A stretch of 64,000 nt of DNA, from contig NC_092679.1 of assembly GCF_964355755.1 (NCBI RefSeq), forward strand, positions 19,699,432 through 19,763,431, written 5' to 3'. Numbering within the stretch: position 1 is the first letter of the stretch; each line of letters starts with the position of its first letter. The notes under the pieces were generated by a model. The model was not told the DNA's origin. It ran no database searches and saw only the letters and a program-made list of their open reading frames with translations. The position numbers were made by a program, and so were the translations under genes. Positions 62,724 through 64,000 of this stretch are shown here, in pieces. The DNA comes from Antedon mediterranea. Taxonomy: Eukaryota; Animalia; Echinodermata.

Positions 62724-63030
62724 TTAGAATAGGTTAATTTTGTTAATTTGTTTAATTTTTATTAAAAGAACAGTAAAACAATTGAAAAAAAAATTATAAG
62801 GTATTAGATTTTGTTGTATTGTGGAGGCGAATATTGGTGATGTGTCAGTCAGATGTCGGGACTTTTCCTCATGAAAAAAAAAGAGCAACGCCACTCCTAA
62901 AGACTTGTTTAAAAGACTTTGTTTATGTAGAGCATCTTGTGTATATGTAAACTATTATATTCCAAAATTGCCTCAAAATATTCAATTTTTCTGTAATTTG
63001 GTTGAAATTATTAATTATATGTAAGGTTAC

Positions 63031-63270
63031 CTGGATGGCATGTTTAGTTGCTGCATAAGAAGATGACAGTGTTGGTCCAAACTTGCCTGCTACGCTACTG
63101 ATGTTAACAATTTGACCAGATTTTCTGGACAGCATGTGCGGGAGGACAGACTTTGTTATTGAGACTGTACCAATGAAGTTTACATTAACAAGTTGTTGGG
63201 TCACTTCCAAAGTGGCGTTTACACCCAACGATCGCTGCGAGACTCCACCATTATTAATGAGGATATCAAT
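63031..63270 (-). CDS. DHRS7: DHRS7-like SDR catalytic exon (IDILINNGGVSQRS...NISSVAGK...YAATKHAIQ)
   Basis: 240-nt phase 0/0 exon, tttgcag|ATT...CAG|gtaacc. NNGG.SQRS signature and catalytic S and YxxxK. Upstream exons lie beyond the window. Confidence 0.92.
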
Positions 63271-63499
63271 CTGCAAATTGTAAAACAAAGAACAGCTTAA
63301 AGTCAGGTTCCCAAGGCAGAATAAACGTATCTCAAATGCAAAGATATATATAAATATAAAAATCAATATAAAACCGCTCCTGAAATCCATACATGTCGAG
63401 AAAAATGAAAATAAGAAAAATACATTCTTTACGTAAATATGTTATTCGTTTTAGCGATTTTTATTTTCGTTGGCTTGGGGAATTCTATTTCAGGTTCTC

Positions 63500-63858
63500 T
63501 AACGACTTAAAAAAAATAAAAAGATTTAGAAATATCATGAGGGATAAAACTCATCCTCTTTCCAATACTTTCCATGTTAGTTCTCAAAGCTGCAAATACT
63601 GATGAGAAAAATAAATACTGAATGCTATAATAAATCATTGATTCTTACTATACTACTGCAATCCTTCAATAATACTGTGTAATGTAATAATAACCCGGTT
63701 TATATTTTTGTGCCATTTGTTCTCTCTCTGTGTTTTTTTAAACATATTTTAGATTTTTATTATGATTGTGCTTGTCTTTTGCATTGAATCTTTGTATTAC
63801 TACAACCAAATGAATTTCCGCAAGGTTTGGGATAATAAAGTTTTATTGAATAGAAATG
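63500..63858 (+). mobile_element. Decayed 3' end of a Rex/CR1-group LINE
   Basis: IMRDKTHPLSNTF...TECYNKS resembles IINDQSHPLFNF...TERHNKSF of the 24778 ORF; T-rich UTR ending aataaagttttattgaa. Confidence 0.5.
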
Positions 63859-64000
63859 CTGGTTTGTGTAAATGATTTTGTTCTTTTTACTACCAGTATG
63901 AAAATGTCACTTAAGCGTGGTTCCCACTTACGACACAACACAAGGACGTAACGCAATGCAAGTGAATTGACCAATCACAAGCGATGGCTTATTCGCTTGT

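Noticed and set aside
62923-63390. 155-aa ORF as a complete membrane protein
   Set aside because: Only 63031-63270 is exon; the hydrophobic N-terminus and the tail are intron read-through.

Overview
AT-rich, intron-rich animal (invertebrate) genomic DNA; it is not prokaryotic, and most ORFs in the supplied track are spurious. Two minus-strand protein-coding genes can be reconstructed from GT-AG exons. The first is the 3' half of a DHRS7-type short-chain dehydrogenase/reductase (exons 63031-63270, 61898-62017, two paralogous 182-nt exons at 60536-60717 and 60335-60516, last exon 59197-59260). The second is the 5' end of a PLEKHH1/2 (MAX-1-like) gene (ATG exon 36034-36228, next exon 2100-2162, ~33.9-kb intron). 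The most striking observation is the duplicated DHRS7 exon pair: both copies are intact, same length and same phase, and only 19 nt apart, which predicts sterically enforced mutually exclusive splicing of the substrate-lid region. The introns hold nested mobile DNA: head-to-tail Helitron concatemers (CTAG|TC junctions), DINE-1/HINE-like Helentron derivatives, a young 5'-truncated Rex1/Babar-type LINE, a Harbinger-like element with a nested foldback element, a Kolobok-like element, nine copies of a ~150-bp MITE, a Penelope-type fragment with a minimal hammerhead-ribozyme core, and several minisatellites. Family assignments come from recalled motifs, not database searches.
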